Assembly (NCBI GenBank): GCA_043228905.1 | Contig: JBHGNT010000015.1 | Coordinates: 2,356,001-2,420,000 of the forward strand | Source: Azolla caroliniana | Taxonomy: Eukaryota; Plantae; Polypodiophyta | DNA length: 64,000 nucleotides | Direction of reading: 5' to 3' | In this document: positions 27,700 to 42,169 of the stretch, piece after piece | Position numbering within the stretch: the stretch's first letter is position 1 | Layout: each line of letters starts with the position of its first letter | Notes under the pieces: model-generated | Databases searched by the model: none | What the model saw: only the letters and a program-made list of their open reading frames with translations | What the model was told of the DNA's origin: nothing | Program-made: the position numbers and the translations under genes

Positions 27700-28700
27700 C
27701 ATATGTACTTTGATACGAAATGAATGGGATGTATTATGTGCAATGGGGGAGCATAACCATAAAGACGTGAGGCCCTTCGTTTTGCTTAAATGGTTATAAA
27801 GCATGTTATAGTGGGATAAAAGTTAGGTAGTTATTCACGCATTTTGATGCTTATACAAGACCAATTCCAACCGTGGAATGTAGCAAGAGATGCCCGTGGT
27901 ACATATATTGTGTTGGAATGTTTATATGAAGAAGAATGCAATGGTTGGTTCCAATATATGCATCAATATATCTCATAAATGGAGGTTATTATGTCATGAG
28001 TGTCTAGGGATCCTCAAGGGGAATTTTAATGTATGCAATATGTAAATCAATCCACATCTTACGAGACTTAATTCATCTTTCCTCCATCATGAAGGGTTCC
28101 GCAGATATATGGGACAATTGTTGTCTAAATTTATAGAACATGTTCAAGTTGAAGGATGCATTGTTCAAGTAGTGAATTCTTTTTGTAGACATTATGGAAT
28201 ATAATATGCTTCAATCAAAAGACAAAAAGTAATTGCCATGATAGATTTTGATGGATAGATGTGATCATTTGTTAAATGATTGGCCACGTGATGAAGTGCT
28301 TCAGGAGGTTCAAAGAAATTTGATGAGCTCATTGCAAGGGTTGCAAATGTGCAATTATCAACAACCTTAGATGTGTAAGATGAGGCATGAATTAGAGGAT
28401 AATAATTGATAATCGCATAAATTTTTCCATACCTTACATTAATCACAAGCTAGATACAATGTGGCAAGGGTAGAAGTAAACGAACTAATGTACCACTTGG
28501 ATCCACAATTCATTGTGCCAAGGTGTGAGAAATATTTCACAACATTATTGATGTAACTATACAAATGTATATCGATTCACAGAATTATTTGCTTCATCCA
28601 CCAACATTCACTATATGCTACATTGGCTCGTAATAGTTTTGAGTGGAATGAGAATCATGTGCCTCAAGAGATTGTTGAAATCCTTAGATGAATTTAACAT
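27700..28700 (-). mobile_element. Possible highly decayed hAT transposase relic
   Basis: Minus-strand fragments read ...WNWS..I...R..L, resembling the hAT dimerisation motif CERNWS. Heavily interrupted. Confidence 0.3.
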
Positions 28701-29549
28701 AGGATGAGGTGGAGTGAGAGATGGTTTATTTGTCGAATGATAAAAACCCTTATTAGGATGGGCTTACAAACAATTTATTTAAGAAGTAAAATCACATTAG
28801 GTTTCAGTAAGTTTGAGATGCACGATACATGTTGATGTTGATGCCACAATCATGGAAGATTGGTTTGATAAAGCTCTTGCCGAAAGTTCCATGTCCATCA
28901 TCTTTTACTCAAGGGTGGCCTTGTGTTGGGCCAACGTGTTCACACCAAGCACACATCCTTGTACTGGCGTAGTTTTGCCTCCATGCCAATATCGTTGGCT
29001 AAGGGGTCCAGACCATGGAAAATCAAGCAAGAGTGGCTATCAAGTATTGTTGAGCCACTAACCTCAGTTAGGCTAATCTCACCAATTCTCACTCACCTCT
29101 CTCGAAAGCACTAACCTTACTAAGAAGCTCATTAATCCATAATAAGCTTCAACATTAAATACTTACACGAGCAAAAGAGATTACAAGTAATAAGACTAAC
29201 CATACTCCAATTAGATGAGTCACTCACAACACATGCAAGGGAGAGAGATATTAATGTTAAGGGTTATTAAGCACTTAACACCAATCACTCACAAATATGA
29301 GAGAAAGGGGGAGAGAGAGTTCTAGCTTAGATTTACAAGGGGGCTTGAAGACTTACTATTCAAGAATGAGAGTTAAAAATTCACAAAAATGATTTGTATA
29401 GCCTCTTTACAAAGAGATTGTCGCCTTTCACATTGGGTTAGTCGTTAGCCCTAAAGCTCTATAGTTAAGTTTGTTGCATTCCCCTTTCTTTGTTCTTGCA
29501 CTTAGTCTTTAGTACCAATGCTAATGATGGCGTCTTCATGGAGTCTGCT

Positions 29550-29950
29550 ACATGTGAAAGGTACTTAACAAACTTTTCCTTAGCATGAGTCAAAGTTCAT
29601 TATTTATTAGGTTATAGAAATATTTGCCCACAATCCTTCACCAAGCACAATATGATTTTAAACTAGGAAGGGATATTCTACATAGCAGTTTAAATGTAAA
29701 GATGGTTATGGATTCTGTCGAGGAAACCAAATAAGAGGTGATCAATATGCATTTAGATCTAGAAATGTCAATAATAATGTGAATCGGTCATTTGTGAGGG
29801 AGTTAATGGTGCATATGTCAAAATTAACATATAGATTGAGAGGGTTTTATTTCTCATATCATGCATAATGGAGAAATTGCCCAACTCATTAAGTTGATTA
29901 GACAAGGATGCTCATTAAGTTTGTTACTCTTTGCTATTTTTAACCATCAT
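29550..29950 (+). mobile_element. LINE reverse-transcriptase fragment
   Basis: LDLE...NVNRSFV-like segment at ~29750 and IRQGCSLSLLLFAI (RQGCPLSPLLF motif) at ~29897. Confidence 0.75.
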
Positions 29951-30399
29951 GTTTCAATAACTTCTTCTTTTTCTTTTTCTCTTTTTTTCAAACAAATTAT
30001 CCTTCCATTAGTTATAAAGAAAGGTCATAACGGTTACATCATACAAAGTATTCTTTCCCAAGACCGTCTTGTGTAGACAACAGTTGAGGAAACAAATCTA
30101 TGTACTCCAACATAGAGAAAACAGTCCAGCAATTACAATCTATTCCGTAGACACATTGCAAGGTATCCATATCCATAGGCAACAACGAAAGTAGCTCTAT
30201 TCGGAAACAAACCCTCTCAGGTCATAGTTATGAGACATTCAATACTTCTTCAACCTGTACATCTTGGCTTTGAAGGCGATCAACTACGTTCTTTGGTTTT
30301 TCAAGAGAACCACTTTCCACATTCGTGGTTGTAAAGTCAACAACTATGCTTGCTCTTTCCCCATCAACCATCTTGCCAAATTACCACCAAATTCCTGTA

Positions 30400-30745
30400 C
30401 ATACAACAACAAATTAAGTCAAGTTTCCTCCTCTCCTCATGTGCTTATTCTTTAGTCCCCACACCATCATCACTCGTCCTTATCCAAAAACATAAAAACT
30501 ACTTCATTAAGTACTCATCAACCATCTCGCTGAATACACCAAATTTCTCCACATAAACAATAAAATGTGTCTAAATTCCTCATCTCCTCATGAAAGTGTG
30601 CTTCAACCTTCACACCATCATCACTCATCCTTATCCAAAACATAAATTCTACATCATTAAGTCCACATCATCCATCTCCCCAAATACCACCAAAATCCTA
30701 CACATACAACAATACTTGAGTCTTTTTTCCTCATCCCCTCATGAG
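30400..30745. repeat. Dispersed ~125-bp repeat family, 3 copies; an inverted relative lies at 40960-41420
   Basis: caccatcatcactcatccttatccaaaa...tcctcatcccctcatg is the reverse complement of gataaggatgagtgaagatgg...ggggatgagga at ~41025-41390. Confidence 0.7.
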
Positions 30746-31744
30746 AGTATGAGAGTATACATAATATGGCTAGAGGTGGAGAGTTGGTAAGCCTTTTCTT
30801 ACCATCAAGCACCTTGTGTATTGTGCAAGCATGCAAATATGGACACTTTATGTTTTGGGAGCCTTGTTAGAAAAAATGTTTAAAGACAACCAGTTCCTTT
30901 GTGTGCTTCCATGTAATGTGTTCTTATGTATCATATTGCTTCCTTTTGAATTGCATTGCAGAATCAATTACCCATTCCCCATTATGTGGTATGCATTGTT
31001 TAGTGATGATATTCTCATGTCCCATCATTTTCTTCGTGACCAAGTTTCTACTTGTGATACAAGTGGAATGGACTATATTCAAATTTGTTTTGTATTGATA
31101 TCAATTTTCAGCCAATAACTCTCAAGGAATGGTGTTAAATGACAAGGGAAAATGAAATACAAACCTTTGAACACATGTGGTACTGCAAGTGGAGCTATTT
31201 TATTAGCAATATACAATCAAATATTATTTCCAAGAATGGAGGGGGAGTGTTTATTGCCATGATTGTAATGTAATGTTGTTTGCATTCTTGTAATGCAAAG
31301 TATTTAGGCAGCAATCTAGATGTATTTTAAGGTTCAATTTGACCAACAAATTAGACCAAAGACTCAATATTGGGCATGTCATATTTATGATGTCAACTAC
31401 AAATTCACATTTTTGTACATTCTTTTATACACCTTTCAACTGCATAGCCTCACCAAGTTCATTATATTGATACATAGAAGAATTTCAAGTCATCATTTAC
31501 CCCTTCATGAAATTTTGGTTGCATGGCATTAAAGCAATTACCATAATTATAATATAATGTTACTTAGCTGGCAATTTAGATTTAAAATATACTGTAACGA
31601 TGTTTAAATACACAAAGTTAAAGAGATTTGTTAACAATTTAGAGATTAATTTGAACTAAGAGTTGGAATGTCACTTTAATATGAGCAGATTTGAAGTAGT
31701 AAACAATGTTATCTTCATGATGAAGTTATTCACAATCATTATAT

Positions 31745-32018
31745 ATTCTGTACAGCTTTTTACAATGCTCATATCTTCATTGTGTTCATTACATCAATCC
31801 ATGGCGGGAATTCAAGTGAACGTATACCCATTCATACACTCTGTCAACAAGAAACTTGTAAACATTCCGTTAGATATTTGCATTAATGCACAAGGAAGCA
31901 TTCTGTACAGCTTTTAACTATGCTCATATCTTCATTGTGTTCATTACATCAATCCATGGAGGGATTTCAAGTGAACGTATACCCATTCATACACTCTGTC
32001 AACAAGAAACTTGTAAAC
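31745..32018. repeat. Direct duplication (~115 bp) downstream of the B3 gene
   Basis: tctgtacagcttttt...caagaaacttgtaaac occurs twice. Confidence 0.9.
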
Positions 32019-32209
32019 TTCATCATTGAATTCCTATTATCTTTTTCTTACACATCGCTCTCATTTTTGTACAAGCAAAATGGTGAGATGAGGATACAGC
32101 CTCGCTCCATTCAAAAATTAATAAAAAACCTATAAAGTACATGATTTTTCTACTCTTAAGTGAAGCCTCTAACAATAAGCATGGGTCAAACTTTTGGTTC
32201 TACAAGAAG

Positions 32210-34474
32210 TCACTTCAATTTGGCCTTCTTAAGCTTACCAGATTGGCTTGAGAACTTACTCGATTTGCTGGAGAGGTCACCATTCTCTCCCTTCTTCACC
32301 TTGGAAGAACCTTTTCGATGCTGAAGCTTAGTTGACCCTTTACTTTTGGGAGTTTCTTTAGATTTGCTTTGTTTTGGGTTTGCAGTATCCTTTTTCTCTA
32401 TATTCTTCCCATCACTACTCATATTCTCTGCTCTCACAATGTGAAGCTGATTGTGAAATATACGCATAGACACATGCTTAGGTTTAAAGGATCAAGAAGA
32501 AAATTTGGGGTTTAAGACAAATGTTCTTCTAACCTTAAATTTTTTGGGTTGAATCAGTTCAAATACAACTGCATCTCCATCTTGAAGGTCATGATCTATT
32601 GCAAACCCTCTCCATCCACCACTTAGGCCAGTCCTACGTGCTATAAAGATAGCATCCCATTCATCACCTCTTTCGTCTTGCAAGGCAATGACATCATCCT
32701 CTTCTGGCAGATTCTTTTTGCTGAAATCGTTTGGCAGTCCCTTGAATGAGAAACAAGGCCGTTAACTTGTCAATCATATAGAAAACAAATCTAAAATTGC
32801 AGAATTGGCCTAGTATTGAAGGTTAGGTATATTCCTGAATCGCCCCCAGCTAGAATATCAGTTCAAACAGTCTTTTATGTCTGCTTGTAACTGGGAGTCT
32901 ATACACTGCACAGGATAGAATTCCTATATACTTCAATGGCTATTATATACATGTAAATTCTTTGTGAAATGCAAGCCTTCAAAAGTCTCTTACTTTCGGG
33001 TTAATCTTTTGTTAGATCCGCTGTACAAAAAGAAATTGGATACTGCTCAGTATAGCAAGGGATACTGTTCAATTTATTCTCTGATCAGAAAATCCTGACT
33101 CCAAAAGCAGATGCAAGATGGGAATGATAAATAAACTGTTTACTGCAATTCGTTGTCTAAAAACATGCGAGAAATTTTCTGCAGTTTATGAAATTCTCTT
33201 CTTAATTAACGCATGATTCTTATGTGCAATTAAAATTTCTTTATTGACAAAAAAGAATTGAGGAAGGGAAGTGTTGCTTGGGATTAAACTTTTCAAGGTT
33301 TAAAACATGAACGCCAAAAATATAGTTTCAGAGAAAAGACAAGCAGAGAACGTTGCTACTACATAGTGCCAAACACATAGTTACCATTAAACTTCTCTTA
33401 ATATCACACTAAGTCCGGGCATAGCCCAGAACTATTTAAAACACTGAGGATGAAAAAGCACTACAAACATGATTAAAAGATTAATGCTTTTTACAAACTC
33501 ACCAACCAAAATCCTCGTGAGACATGAGAGGGAAGCATCAGCTTCACAAAAGAAGGATATCCTGCCTCTAGTTCTTGTTGTACCTTTTTGGCTTGATCTG
33601 CAGCTTTTATTCTTTCAATATCTGATGCATATCTTCTAGGAAGCTGATGCTCGCGCTTATAACTGGAATATGCTTTAATGTCAGATATCTAATTCAACTT
33701 TAAAGTTGACCAACAATGCAATAGCAAGAATGAATCAAACTGTTACCCCGTTCTAAGACCTGGAAAATCATTCGCCTTCTGCCAACAGACAATCAACCCA
33801 GTAACATATTATAATCTCAATAGAGACTGTGCACACTCTTCAACATTCTGCACATGACAGCCAGTGTCTACCTCTCGATAATCAGGTTGAGGAACACTTG
33901 CAACACGTGAGGAGCGTCTGACCTCAATAGGAAAGTCCTCTTTTTGAACTTTTGGCTTGCTTGTTTTAACCTGTTAAACAAAAACAAATATCAGTGTTTC
34001 AGAGCATACCCAAAAGGATGTATATACACAAGGACGAGAAAGCTTGCAAAGTATACAAACATATCAACCACGAATTTTGATTGTTTGCAAGATCTAATGT
34101 AAGCATATGAGGCATGATGAATGCATAACAAATGTGCCTAATATATCTAGATGTATAAATATGTATACATATATCATATGTGAGTACACGTGGGGTTCTC
34201 TGATCAGAGAATAAATTGAACAGTTGGTATATATATATATATATATATATGATAGAAAATAAAGTACAATTGGAAAACTCACAACAGTTATTGTTTGACC
34301 ACTCTGCAGTAAGCTTTCAGAAAGCTTTGATATTCCAAGTTCCTGAAATATTGATCTATCATAAGCAACATGGATTTACCTGTAAATTCAGTGACTAAAA
34401 GCCTTTACCTGTAAACGTCTTTGGTTTGCCTCCAGTCTCTGTTTCCGAATCTCTTCATACTCTGAGCTCACCAT
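32210..34474 (-). CDS. B3-domain (REM/VRN1-related, single B3) DNA-binding protein; about 7 coding exons
   Basis: MVSSEYEEIRKQRLEANQRRLQ|ELGISKLS...; VRRSSRVASVPQPDYRE; PSFVKLMLPSHVSRGFWL|GLPNDFSKKNLP; TGLSGGWRGFAIDHDLQDGDAVVFELIQPKKFK. Basic C-terminal tail. Confidence 0.9.
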
Positions 34475-35149
34475 ACTAAGTCCGATTCCTAAATATGCAC
34501 CAAAAACACAGCTTTGATGTAAGTTTTTTCTTGTATATGAACTCCAATCAATTCCTAATAGCAACATATCTACGACAAAACTTTCAACGTTTTCGCACAA
34601 TAAACTGAGCTCGTACTGTTGGGGCACTGAAAGGAATCATGCAAATTAGATCAGGGAAAATGCCAAATTTTAATTCTTGTGCTACAATGCAGACAGATTG
34701 ATCCTTCATCATTCATACCTATCAATGAATACCAAGAGACAATTCTGAAGCATTTGTCTCTTTCTTTCCTGCTCTAATAATATTTCACAACCTCCTAAAA
34801 TCTTAAAGTATTTCATTATTCATCCCACATTTTTTGAGACCGACCGTTTGCACAACATCAGCATGGATTACCAGCATTGACCCTAGCCTAATAAAGGATG
34901 TCTGAGTGTCCGGAAGACTTGCAATCAAATTGCAATGTGCCACATCAGTGTGGATCTTCAGCTGTGTACTTGATCTGATCGGTAATATGTCAGCGAGTGG
35001 TCCAGCACCTGTGTAAAATTAGTATGAATTTGCGCCTGGCCACTCAATCTGAACCATATACTGTTAGCCATGAACAATTGTTGCCACTAGTGATTTTTGC
35101 ACCATATCAGCATGAATTGTCATTCCAGTGCTCTTTCTAAACCTTTTCT

Positions 35150-36500
35150 CTTGTTTTTGATAAAAGATTCACCTCAATATTAACGAAAAGATGCCCAAAG
35201 GCAACAAACAACTCATACAGGAAAACATAACCATCATACCCTGATCAACCAACATGTCAAATAGCAAAAGCCCTCGCTCATCTACCTGAGCATGAAATCA
35301 AGGTCCTTCCCTGACAGGGTGCAGAAAAAGCCATCTCAGTAGAGCATATCTCCACTTTATTCTGTCCCCAAAAGAGGTGAAGACCTCTGCTTTTTTCCAC
35401 ATTTCTATAAAATGTTGGTGCTTACGAAACACAACATTAGGCTCACCCGTTATTGCCTCATATTGACCTCTTAAAGTATGCAAAAGCATCAACTATATCT
35501 CCTTGACTAACTCAACTGCATTTCGTTTGACATTCTAATATACACATTAACATCTTGCCTTCAACAATACCCAAAACTACAAGAGAAGATATCATAGACC
35601 AAACCTTGTCCTCTACCAAACAACTGATTGGTGTGGTATAAGAGACATCAAAGACATGTCTTCCATCAGACATGTCTTCCATCAAAGACACTCCTTTTCA
35701 TAATTCTGTATTTCTTCAGCCAGCCACCCCCATCTCATAAAACCCCATGGGTACACCTGTTTACCATAAACAAGATACAAAATTCTCAACATTCTTTTCT
35801 AAACTGTTCTAGCAATAGGACATACCTATAAGACATGGTGAATTGATTCAATGAGAAGACCACAACTTTCACATTTTAAATCATGGTGATGCCCCCACAT
35901 CCATGACTTCACAAAGCTCCCATAATGTAACAACAACCATCTAAACAATGCAATTTTCTTAGGAATTTGCATGGCCCATAGCCATTTCCAATAAAGTGCC
36001 CAACCAAGTGTCTTGTACATTACCCAATCTCCAAAATTTGGAAGCTCCTGGCACAAAAATCAAACCCCTCCTAATTCTCTACCCATTTTTACAGAATACT
36101 AAAAAAAAGGAATTTGCTTACCTACTATCCCTTGCATTGATATGATTGGCCATTTCCATTCACTTGGATCCAACATCAATGGACTTATTCTGATTTGGTT
36201 GTAGATTCAACATCCATTATTTACCATTCGTCCACAATATACGAATAGGCAACTTACTCCTTTGAGTTACTACATCGTCTTCCATAAAGATAGAATGAAG
36301 CCGTCCAAAAGGCAAAACATCAAAATAAAGACATTCATGAGAGTTTTTATAACCCTTGACCCTCAACAAGACATGTAAGGATGATAAGGGAAATAAAGGC
36401 ATTCATGAAAGCCTTTCTAAACCTTTTTGCATAATACTCTCTGAAATAAGTGAGATATACAAGTCCCTTCGTTACTTCATTAACAGATGTGGGAGAAAGC
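35150..36500 (-). mobile_element. LINE 3' fragment (zf-RVT region), degenerate
   Basis: WKWLWAMQIPKKIALFRWLLLH...CESCGLLIESIHHVL, with stops and frameshifts. Confidence 0.75.
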
Positions 36501-37049
36501 CCTTCTTCAAAGGGCATGGGCAGAATAGTAGCTGATTCTGCAAATAAGGTATAGAATCATCCCACAATTGAAGATTTTTTAAAAGCCAGCACAGACATTA
36601 CAGCTACTTTCTAGGTAGAAAGATGCACATAGAGGATGCAAAAAAAAAGAAAAAAAGCAAGGAACTTTATCTTTTGACAATGGAAACCGTGGTTGTGGCA
36701 GCCATGTAAGGCAAGATAAGCATCAAAACCATAGAATGAACCATACATATGATACGTGCATTCGCATTCAAGAATGATTCAATCAAACGTGTATGGTAAA
36801 TCATCTCAAAGTTGGATTGCATTGACTAGGTTCTATATTATATATTGATTCACTCTCAATCCTAATAAGTGGACTCTAATCCATTGTGAACCACCAACAT
36901 AAGTATGGTTGCAATATTTGCATTGTATCACATGCATACTTTTGGGATGTGAATCAAGACATCTCTATCATCCTCACTTTAGAACTTTACAAAAAAATAA
37001 GTATGAACTATAGAGATTGAATCAAAATATGTCATTATAAATTATAATC

Positions 37050-37720
37050 AAACGTTCAAAAACTCATAAAACATATATTCGAGAATATCAAGAAAACATG
37101 ACATAGGCAATAGTAGCATAACAAACTTACCAATAGGGTGACCTAATTTCTAATAACAAAGAAAGAAAAAAAGAAACGATCAAAAACTCATAAGACGTAT
37201 ATTCGAGAATATCAAGAAAACATGACATAGGTAGTAGTAGCATAACTACCTACCACTAGGGTGACCTAATTTCTAATAACAAAGAAAGAAAGAAAAAGGA
37301 ACATGACAGTGACATAAAATTTTGCCATGACATAGGCAATAGTAGCATAACAACTTACCACTCGGGTGAGCTAATTTCTAATAACAAAGAAAGTAAGAAA
37401 AAGAAGAAAAAGGAACATCACACTAACATAAAATTTTGCCATGACACCTAACAAGAGGATATGAGAAAGTTGGGAATTGAACCCAAGACACAAGTAATAG
37501 TAGCACAGCAACTTATCACGAGGTTGTGCTTAGTTCTAATAATAAAAAAATAAAAGAAAAAAACTATTATAACACTAACATAAATTTTTGCTATGACATG
37601 GTACTAAGGAGAGAGAGAGAGAGAAAGAGATGAAAAAATTAGGAATCGAACCCAAGACATAGACAGCAATAGCATGGTTCCTTACCACTAGGGTAACCTG
37701 AATTGTAATATCAATAAATG
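37050..37720 (-). mobile_element. Cluster of tRNA-derived SINE-like heads, partially tandem-amplified
   Basis: The minus strand shows an A-box-like ...ccctagtggtaag and a B-box cttgggttc(a/g)attcc (~37470-37485, ~37641-37656). About five related units. Confidence 0.6.
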
Positions 37721-40569
37721 AAAAAAATGAAAAAAAAAGGAGCACGTATTTTTCCCATTTCAAACGTGTTTGTTTCCAGCCGTATAGTATAGTATAGTAT
37801 ATCCAAGAAATGCACCGAGAGTGTAGCACAATCCTTGAAAGGTTACAAGCAAGCAACATGTCAAGATTTCTTTTTTTCTATTTCTTTTCAGGGTTTGTAG
37901 CAATCCACACCCTCGCCCCAACTCCTCATCACATAGGCATGTACGAGCTCCGAGTCCTCCGAGAAAACATTTGTGAGAAAATGGATTGCCTTTTCCACCC
38001 AGGAATACAATTCATGAATGGAACATGTCAACCAAAACAGATTGTGTTTTATATGGGTTGGATCTCTTGGAGAACCCTAATGGGTAGCACAAGACCCCAT
38101 TTGACAAGATAGAAGGAATAGTAACCTAATCCAATGTATGAGATTTTAACCCATATTTCCAATTGGATAGGTTTAAATACCATGAGTAAAATTGCAATGA
38201 ATTAAGAAAATAGAAAATCATGTATTTGGCTAGTAAGAAGCGCAATTACACCATGGACATACCATGAAAATCATGAGACAATTGGTTACAACAATGGGAT
38301 GTGTACCCAATCACCGAAGAATGAAATTAAAATAAAAAATAGGTAAAGGAGTTTTAGTATGGTAAAAAATGACATGGGGTGTAACATATCCTATAAAGGA
38401 AATGGCTATGGGCATGAACTAATTTCATTTCCATCCAAGTCTCTTGGAAAAGAGCAAGTGGTCACAAGGTTTCAATGAAGATGTCACCCTTGGTCCCAAT
38501 GTAACAGGTGTCCCGATCATAGCTTCTAGGCAATATAGCTTCTTAATTACTTTTGCACGCATGACTTTGAGGCCCAATATCCTAGAGCGTTTGGTTGTTC
38601 ATTGGTTTTGCTTCAGTGAGGGAGAGGCCAAGTGGTGCAGCTGTGTTCATGTTCATCATGCCTGCCCATCCCTGAAACATTTTAGTGGTTATATGGTGAA
38701 TATTAAAAAGGTTATGGTTAACAAAGAACATTTTGTAACTTAGTCTCTCTATGTTGTTTTAGCTCTAAGATATACCTACCTAGTGAAATTCATCATTGTA
38801 AGAATCTCAATTAATGTTGAGCAAATAAAATAATTAAGAAAGCGTGTAGATTGCCCGACCTACCCTAACTAAGATGAGAGATAATGTGGTTATGAATTCA
38901 TGATAATCCTTATCATGGCCATTTCTCATCCCATTTCCATTCAATCGCAAGACACAAAAGATACAAATTATATGATGACCGGCAATTGAAGGAGCAGACA
39001 AGTGGAGATGTTTTCCAGATCAATCTGAAAGCCCCCTCAAAAAATGTCGTCAAGTCAAAAAAATTTGATGAAGTTTGGGAATACATAAAGTGATGGTATC
39101 CTTTTGGTGATATAATAACGAAAGAAATAATTCAGAATGCAGATTCGTGCCATAGCAAGGTGTGCTCTGTTTTTTTCTGTGGTCGACCATGGCTGCAGCT
39201 CACCCTGATCGCTTCTATGTGTCATTTGTATTCATCCCTGCAAATGGAAGTCCCATGAAATAGAGTCGCAGCCCTTTCTACGAATAAGGTATAGAATCAT
39301 CCCACAGTCAAAGCTTTTTTGAAAGTAATCACAGAGCTCACGACTTCTTTCTGGGATAGGAAGATGCGCACAGAGGATGCAAAAAAAAAAGGCATGAAAC
39401 TTTAATCTTTTCGGCGGTGGAAGCGATGGCTATGGCAACCATGTGAGGCGCGATAGGCATCAGGACCATACAGAAGCTGCTTCCTTTAGTTATAGAGGGG
39501 CTGAGGAGCGGTACCTGTATGGCGATTCCTTCGGGGAGCCGATGTCTGGCGATGGCAGGAGCGGCCAAAGCTTCCGCAGGCTGCAACAGTCAGGAAGCAG
39601 AGGGAGAGGATGGAGAAGCCAAAGAAGAACAATAAGAAAAATCCCGCCAATTTTACAGATTCAAATTCAAATTCAAATTTGGCGGTTTCACACTTGGAGC
39701 TCGTGGCCGCCGGTGGGTCGGTCGGGTATGGTATATATTGTATCTAACAAGTGCTCCGAGAGCGTAGCACGATCGTTGCATGGTTAAGGGCGGTCGGCAT
39801 GCCAACTTCCTTCTTTGTTTTTTTCTGGGTCCATTGCATGTTTTTAGCGCCGAGTCTTTCCGAGAAAACACTCACGAGAAAAGGGATTGGCTTCTCCATC
39901 TGAATGAGGTTTGTGCATGGAAGATGTCGACCAAAACATCGAGTGCCTTTTACATGGGTTCGATCTCAGGGAGAACCCGCATGGATAGCCCCCCCCCCCC
40001 CACCCCCATGTGACAAATTATAGGGAATAGAAACCTAATGCAACAAGCGAGATTTAAAACCATGTTTACAAATCAAAGGGTTTAAATAATGTGAGTGAAA
40101 TTGCGACAAAAATAAAGAAAATAGAAAACCATGTATTTGCTTAGTAAGAAGAGCAATTACACCATGGGCACACCCAAGAAAAGAGATTGATGATTCAAAA
40201 GGCAATAAAAATCATTAAGAAGCAAGGCATTGTGTGTGTGTGTGTGTGTGTGTGCATGCAAAAAACCTAATTGATGATTTCTATTAACAATTGGCTCTAC
40301 AAATATGCACAAAAATCAATTGTAACATATAGTATGATGGCTCTGAAAATATGTACAATACATGTAGGCATTTAAACAAAATTTGGTGAAAGAAAACTCA
40401 ATAACCAAAATTAGTTGGATGAACATAATGGATGTGAGTCAACGTCACCAAAACAAGTGTACATGGAATTCATCATTGTAGGAATCTCAATTAATGTAAA
40501 AGTAATAAATTAAGGAAGAATGGGTTTAGATCACTAAGCACGCCTTAGCAAGGGTGAGAGATAGATCTC

Positions 40570-40960
40570 CAGTCCCTTGTTGGCATCCCATACCACAAAG
40601 TATGCACATAGATTGTGCCTCCTCGTCATTATTTGACATAGAAAACATTAAATGGTGAGAGTTCGTGAATCTAAAGCATCCCCCAATGGTAAAGCTCCAA
40701 CCATAACTCTCTAAATAAATACCTTAGCTTGTAGCATCAATCGAGAACACCAACCAACTTGCCTTGATCACATGAAACCACCAAGTAATGGGCTTACGAA
40801 AATCCCATATCTTTATAACCCTTTCTTCCAACCACTTGTGTTTGTCAATTAGCTTGTGATAAGCAACCTTTGTTGAGATCATAGTCAATCTCTTGTTTCT
40901 AACAATCCTCCAATCAAGCTCTTGAGATTCCCCATCTAAATTAGGATTTGGCTCATATAA
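40570..40960 (-). mobile_element. LINE 3' fragment (zf-RVT)
   Basis: STKVAYHKLI...W...WW...W pattern followed by LPLG/C-x2-C-like relics. Confidence 0.55.
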
Positions 40961-41479
40961 AGATAATATTTCCTTAATTGGCGAGATGGTAGATGTGGGA
41001 AAAGAAGCTGATTTTTTATTTATTGATAAGGATGAGTGAAGATGGAGTTGGGGTTGAAGCATATTTTAAGGAGGGGATGAGGATAGTATACTCACTTTGG
41101 TATTTTTGTAGGTAAAGACCTTCGGTGTGAATTGGCGAGAGGGTGGATGTGGGAAAAAGAAGCAACAGTTCTATTTTTTATGAGTGAAGATGGTGTCGGG
41201 GGTTGAAGCATATTTTTTTAGGAGGGAATGAGGATACTATACTCGTGTTGTTTGTTGTAGGTACATCAATGTTATTTGGCAAGAGGGTGGATGTGGAAAA
41301 AGAAGCATATCTTCATACTTCTATTTCTTGATAAGGATGAGGGATGATGATGTTGGGGTTGAAGATAGTTTCATGAGGGGATGAGGAGAGTAGACTCATT
41401 CTATTTTTGGTTGTACGGGTCTTCAATTATCTGCTTTTGGTCAGCCTGCATAAGGCTAAGTCGACACATGTTGAAGAAA

Positions 41480-42130
41480 ATTGTTGCCGAAGCATCATGG
41501 GAATTTTCGTGTTAAAATGCAGCAGATGAAGCATGTGTTGAAGCACAAAAACTTTCAACTAAGTCGTAGGTTAATTTGGGTTCATCTTTCTATGGAAGAA
41601 CATTGGTGGTGGTTGGGTTGAGTTCCTTTTTCAGACACAGAGAAGCGATGGATGGAGGAGGACATGGCTGACTAGGGCAATGTTATGAAGTCATGTACGT
41701 TTTTTAACACATGCAAAGTGAGAGGCTTTCTCCAAATGCAATCACCTTCATTTGTACATTGAAGGTTTGTAGAAGAACAAAAACAATGCACATAGGACAA
41801 CCAATTCATGACATAATTATGTAGTTAATGTAGGGGGATAATATTTTTGGTAACACCTTCATGGATAGGTATGTCATATGTGGGATGCTTGCACAAGTAG
41901 AGAATTTGATGAAAGGTTTTCCTCGTCGAAATATTGTCCCTTCAAACGTGCTCATGGCTGGGTATACTCAGAATAATCAAGTTCACGAGGCTCTACTTAT
42001 TTCAAGTTGTTGTAAAATGGGGGCCTTTCCCCATACATTATCACCTTCATAGGCCTCTTGAAGCCTCGTGGTAGTCCAAGAGATATGGGAAAAGGTAATA
42101 AGATATTCAATGTACATTGTAATAGTGGAC
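41480..42130 (+). pseudogene. PLS-class pentatricopeptide-repeat (PPR) gene relic
   Basis: PNAITFICTLKVC...IGQPIHD, FGNTFMDRYVICG..A, RNIVPSNVLMAGYTQN, ITFIGLLK..GS..DMGKG..I. Interrupted by stops and frameshifts. Confidence 0.75.
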
Positions 42131-42169
42131 TATTTTGTATATTGCCTTTAGCCACTTTAACTTTAATAT

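Noticed and set aside
28850-29520. Possible solo LTR
   Set aside because: The composition is LTR-like, but TG...CA ends, TSD, PBS and PPT could not be pinned down.
39338-40013. Short GC-richer ORFs as an independent gene
   Set aside because: There is no family motif, and the duplicated copy at 36540-36735 does not preserve the frames. The region is better explained as a 5' leader or promoter.
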